DNA from: Callorhinchus milii
Taxonomy: Eukaryota
Assembly: GCF_018977255.1 (NCBI RefSeq)
Contig: NW_024704751.1
Span: forward strand, 16,492,001-16,556,000
DNA length: 64,000 nt
Direction: 5' to 3'
Part shown: positions 61,501 to 64,000 of the stretch, piece by piece
How positions within the stretch are numbered: position 1 is the first letter of the stretch
Layout: each line of letters opens with the position of its first letter
Program-made: the position numbers and the translations under genes
The notes under the pieces: generated by a model
Told to the model about the DNA's origin: nothing
Databases searched by the model: none
Seen by the model: the letters and a program-made list of their open reading frames with translations, nothing else

Positions 61501-63882
61501 CTTACATTGTCCGAATGAGGTTCAGCTCCTTTTTCCTCTTCCTGCTCTATGCTATCTGGTAAATGGCCATTTTCCACCTCTTCCCGCTTGTCATTGTGCC
61601 AGAGTGGGAAAAATGATGTACTCCTCCCCGAGATCTCTTCTCCTGTAGCTGTGTAAATAGATTCCTCTTGTTCCAGCAGTTCTGAGGTCTCATACTGGAA
61701 TGGTACATTACCATAACGTCTGTTGGAGCTAGTTTTAGGGAATTTTAAGTCCAGTTTTGTGATGATGCGAGGTGGCAGCCTGCAGGCCTGGATCAGCTCT
61801 AGGAAAACTCTCACTGGTGTTCCCACATTCCCATTGGGCATCAGAGCAGGAGGATTCAACTCTGGCAGTCTGGACAAATCGTGTTGTGTGAAGATCTCGC
61901 TCTGAGCCTTCTTATTCTGCAACTCCAGTTTAGTTTTGTAGGGGAAGAGGTTCAAATCTATTTTGAATGAAAAATGTTTTTAGAAGTGTATTCAAAGAGA
62001 AACAACTTAAAATTCCATACAACAGAGATGTAACAACTGCAATAGGAAACACCATTCTTCCCAATGCAATACACTCAACCCAACTAAAAGTTGGGTTTTG
62101 CTCAAAGATAGCAATCAAATTATACACCAGCCGCTGCCCGGTCACAACTGTCACTGTAACTATCTAAATATTTTTCTTCTTCAGCCGGGTGTTCAACACA
62201 CGTGGAAACCCATCACCATGCTTAAGAGTATCTTGCAGGATTAACAAGAATCCCTGGGGAGAAACCAGTCTGCCTTTCCATGTCCTGCGGATAAGCCAGG
62301 CTGACCTGGGCTGTCGTTTGCAGTGCTCTGGGGATCTCCCTGGCTCAGGAACTGGACTGTTGAGATCACCACAGAAGATTCTGTTGCTAAACATGTCACC
62401 CTGGAGACAGTTCTGTTCCAAGGAGACTCCGCTTACCTCCCCACCAAGGAGGATACTCACTAAATGGTCATTTGACATCGGGCAAACACTGGTTTGAGCC
62501 CTAACTAGGTGGATGGGTACCACAAACTCTCTGCGAGCTTCCCGGTAGACAACACAGCTCACCATGAAATAATAATAATAATAATCCTTGCTTTTCATAC
62601 AGCGCTTTTCACGGCTTCTCGACGTCCCGAAGCGCTTCACAGAATATACTGTAAAGTGAATTGACCGTATATTTGTGGGCAAAACGCGGCAGCCAATTGC
62701 GCACAGCAGCGTCCCCACAAACAGTCGTGGATTGAAAATGACCAATTTATTATTGTTTTGTTTTGGAGGGATTATTATGAGGCTCTGTGTGGAGTAAGGA
62801 AACTTGCCCAAGGTTTCGCCCTCTGCCTGGGATTGAACTCAGGTCTCTCGCTCGCAAAGCGAGAGCTCTAACCACTGAGCCACAGAGACTCCGTGTCACC
62901 GTCTTCGTGACCACAGCTCAGGGACACAACCCTTTCAACAACAACAACAAGATTACTTTTTGTACAGAGCCTTTCACGTCGGGAGGACGTCCCGAGGCGC
63001 TTTCCCACTGAACGACGGCTCCCGGCCGCCAGCGGCGGGGGTACAGCTTGAGGGAGCAGCAGCGGTTCGCCCCTCTGCTGCCGCACAAGCAACAACAACA
63101 ACAACAACAAGATTCCATTTATAAAGCGCCTTTCACGTCAGGAGGACGTCCCGAGGCGCTGCACAGTTGGGTCAGCAGGGGGGGAAATGGTCAGGGTGAG
63201 GGGAGGGAAGGGAGGGGGCGAGGAGGGGGGAAATGGTGAGGGTAAGGGGAGGGAAGGGGCGAGGAGGGGGAAATGATCAGGGTGAGGGGAGGGAGGGAGC
63301 GAGGAGGGGGGAAATGGTCAGGGTGAGGGGAGGGAGGGAGGGAGCGAGGAGGGGGAAATGGTCAGGGTGAGGGGAGGGAAGGGAGGGGGCGAGGAGGGGG
63401 AAATGGTCAGGGGGAGGGGAGGGAAGGGAGGGGGCGAGGAGGGGGAAGAGAGTCGAGAGGGGAGCTGAAGGCTGAAGGTCAAAGAGAAAGGCTGAAGCGA
63501 TGAATTCCGCGGCTTTTTTTAAAAAAAAATCGACGTTACCCGCCGCCTCTGCCGCTCTCACCCTCCGAACCAGGCAACGACTCCGCAGCCAGGACCCGGC
63601 CCGGTCCACCCACTGGCGGCCGCTGTACATGTCGATGAAGGCCGAGGCCCTGTGGGCGGGGAGGCTGACCACACAGCAGCAGCAGCAGGAGGAGGAGGCC
63701 GCCGCCGCCTGAGCCCGGGACCGGGTCCGCCCCGGGGCCTGGGGTTGCGGTCGGTGCCGATAGTGGAAACACGCGAAGCCGCCGCTCTCTGTGAACTGCG
63801 AGAAGTAATTCCTGAGGTCGGCGGAGCGCAGGGCGCGCGGGATGTCACAGACCGCCAGACAGACGCAGCCTCTCGCCGCCAT
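58558..63882 (-). CDS. GPATCH3: G patch domain-containing protein 3 (496 aa)
   Basis: Exons 63882-63540, 61957-61506, 60828-60654, 60551-60492, 59430-59309, 59202-59075, 58768-58558. Motifs LRSADLRNYFSQF..GGF.CFHYRHRP, LPELNPP.LMP.GNVGTP, EEWERHEALH, WEKGGSGLVFYTDA, and G-patch GFGRKEMEKQGWTEGLGLG...GLGYHGEKL. Confidence 0.94.
59865..60300 (-). mobile_element. Deu/SacSINE-like SINE
   Basis: Reverse strand has head ggcgcattggtagtgctctcgctctgagtcagaaggatgtgggttcaagcccc and core aaggtgccatcctttggat. Related copies near 9430-9700 (-), 20890-21100 (-) and 4085-4380 (+). Confidence 0.62.
62570..62892 (-). mobile_element. tRNA-derived SINE, full-length copy
   Basis: Reverse complement of the same family. 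Confidence 0.88.
63180..63450. repeat. Purine-rich minisatellite (about 40-45 bp, GGGGGAAATGGTCAGGGTGAGGGGAGGGAAGGG...) in GPATCH3 intron 1
   Basis: About 6 imperfect tandem copies. Confidence 0.88.
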
Positions 63883-63980
63883 CTTTGATCCTGGCGGAGC
63901 GCTGGCGGCACATGCGCACAGCTCGCCCGGCGGGGGCGGAAGGGGAGGGGTTGAACGGTACCATCTTTGATCCTGGCAAA
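63875..63980 (-). promoter_or_regulatory. GPATCH3 promoter or TSS region
   Basis: YY1-type AAGATGGCGGC spans the start codon. CCATCTTTGATCCTGGC occurs twice (63879, 63961). NRF1-like CATGCGCA at 63911. Confidence 0.55.
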
Positions 63981-64000
63981 CAGGGCCGAATTGGCAACTT

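Noticed and set aside
62164-62811. 215-aa minus-strand ORF in GPATCH3 intron 1
   Set aside because: The 5' half is antisense SINE sequence, the rest has no recognisable motif, and GPATCH3 splices in frame without it.

Overview
Vertebrate genomic DNA with compact spliceosomal introns. The repeat content (tRNA-derived SINEs with L2-type tails, Deu/SacSINE-like SINEs, CR1 and L2 LINEs) points to a cartilaginous fish, probably a chimaera (inference). The window holds the conserved block ARID1A (3' part, +), PIGV (+), ZDHHC18 (+), GPN2 (-) and GPATCH3 (-), all rebuilt exon by exon with in-frame splice junctions. Between ZDHHC18 and GPN2, where mammals have SFN, there is instead a 16-exon minus-strand gene (39695-49919, 1036 aa by manual splicing) that I do not recognise as any named gene. 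It encodes an NLRP1/CARD8-like FIIND-CARD protein with an unusual layout: an IkB-like DSGYLS degron (overlapping a caspase-type ESMD|SG site), a PYD-like region, a Death domain, a ZU5 domain split by an inserted CARD-like module, an SC|S autocleavage site, UPA, PB1 and a C-terminal CARD. This looks like a candidate undescribed degradation-triggered inflammasome or death-signalling sensor. Other points: two U12-type introns, a ZDHHC14-like alternative last exon of ZDHHC18, a tandem CTCF-like array, G-rich repeats and a palindrome with a hammerhead-like core. All domain calls come from reading motifs by eye; no database search was run.
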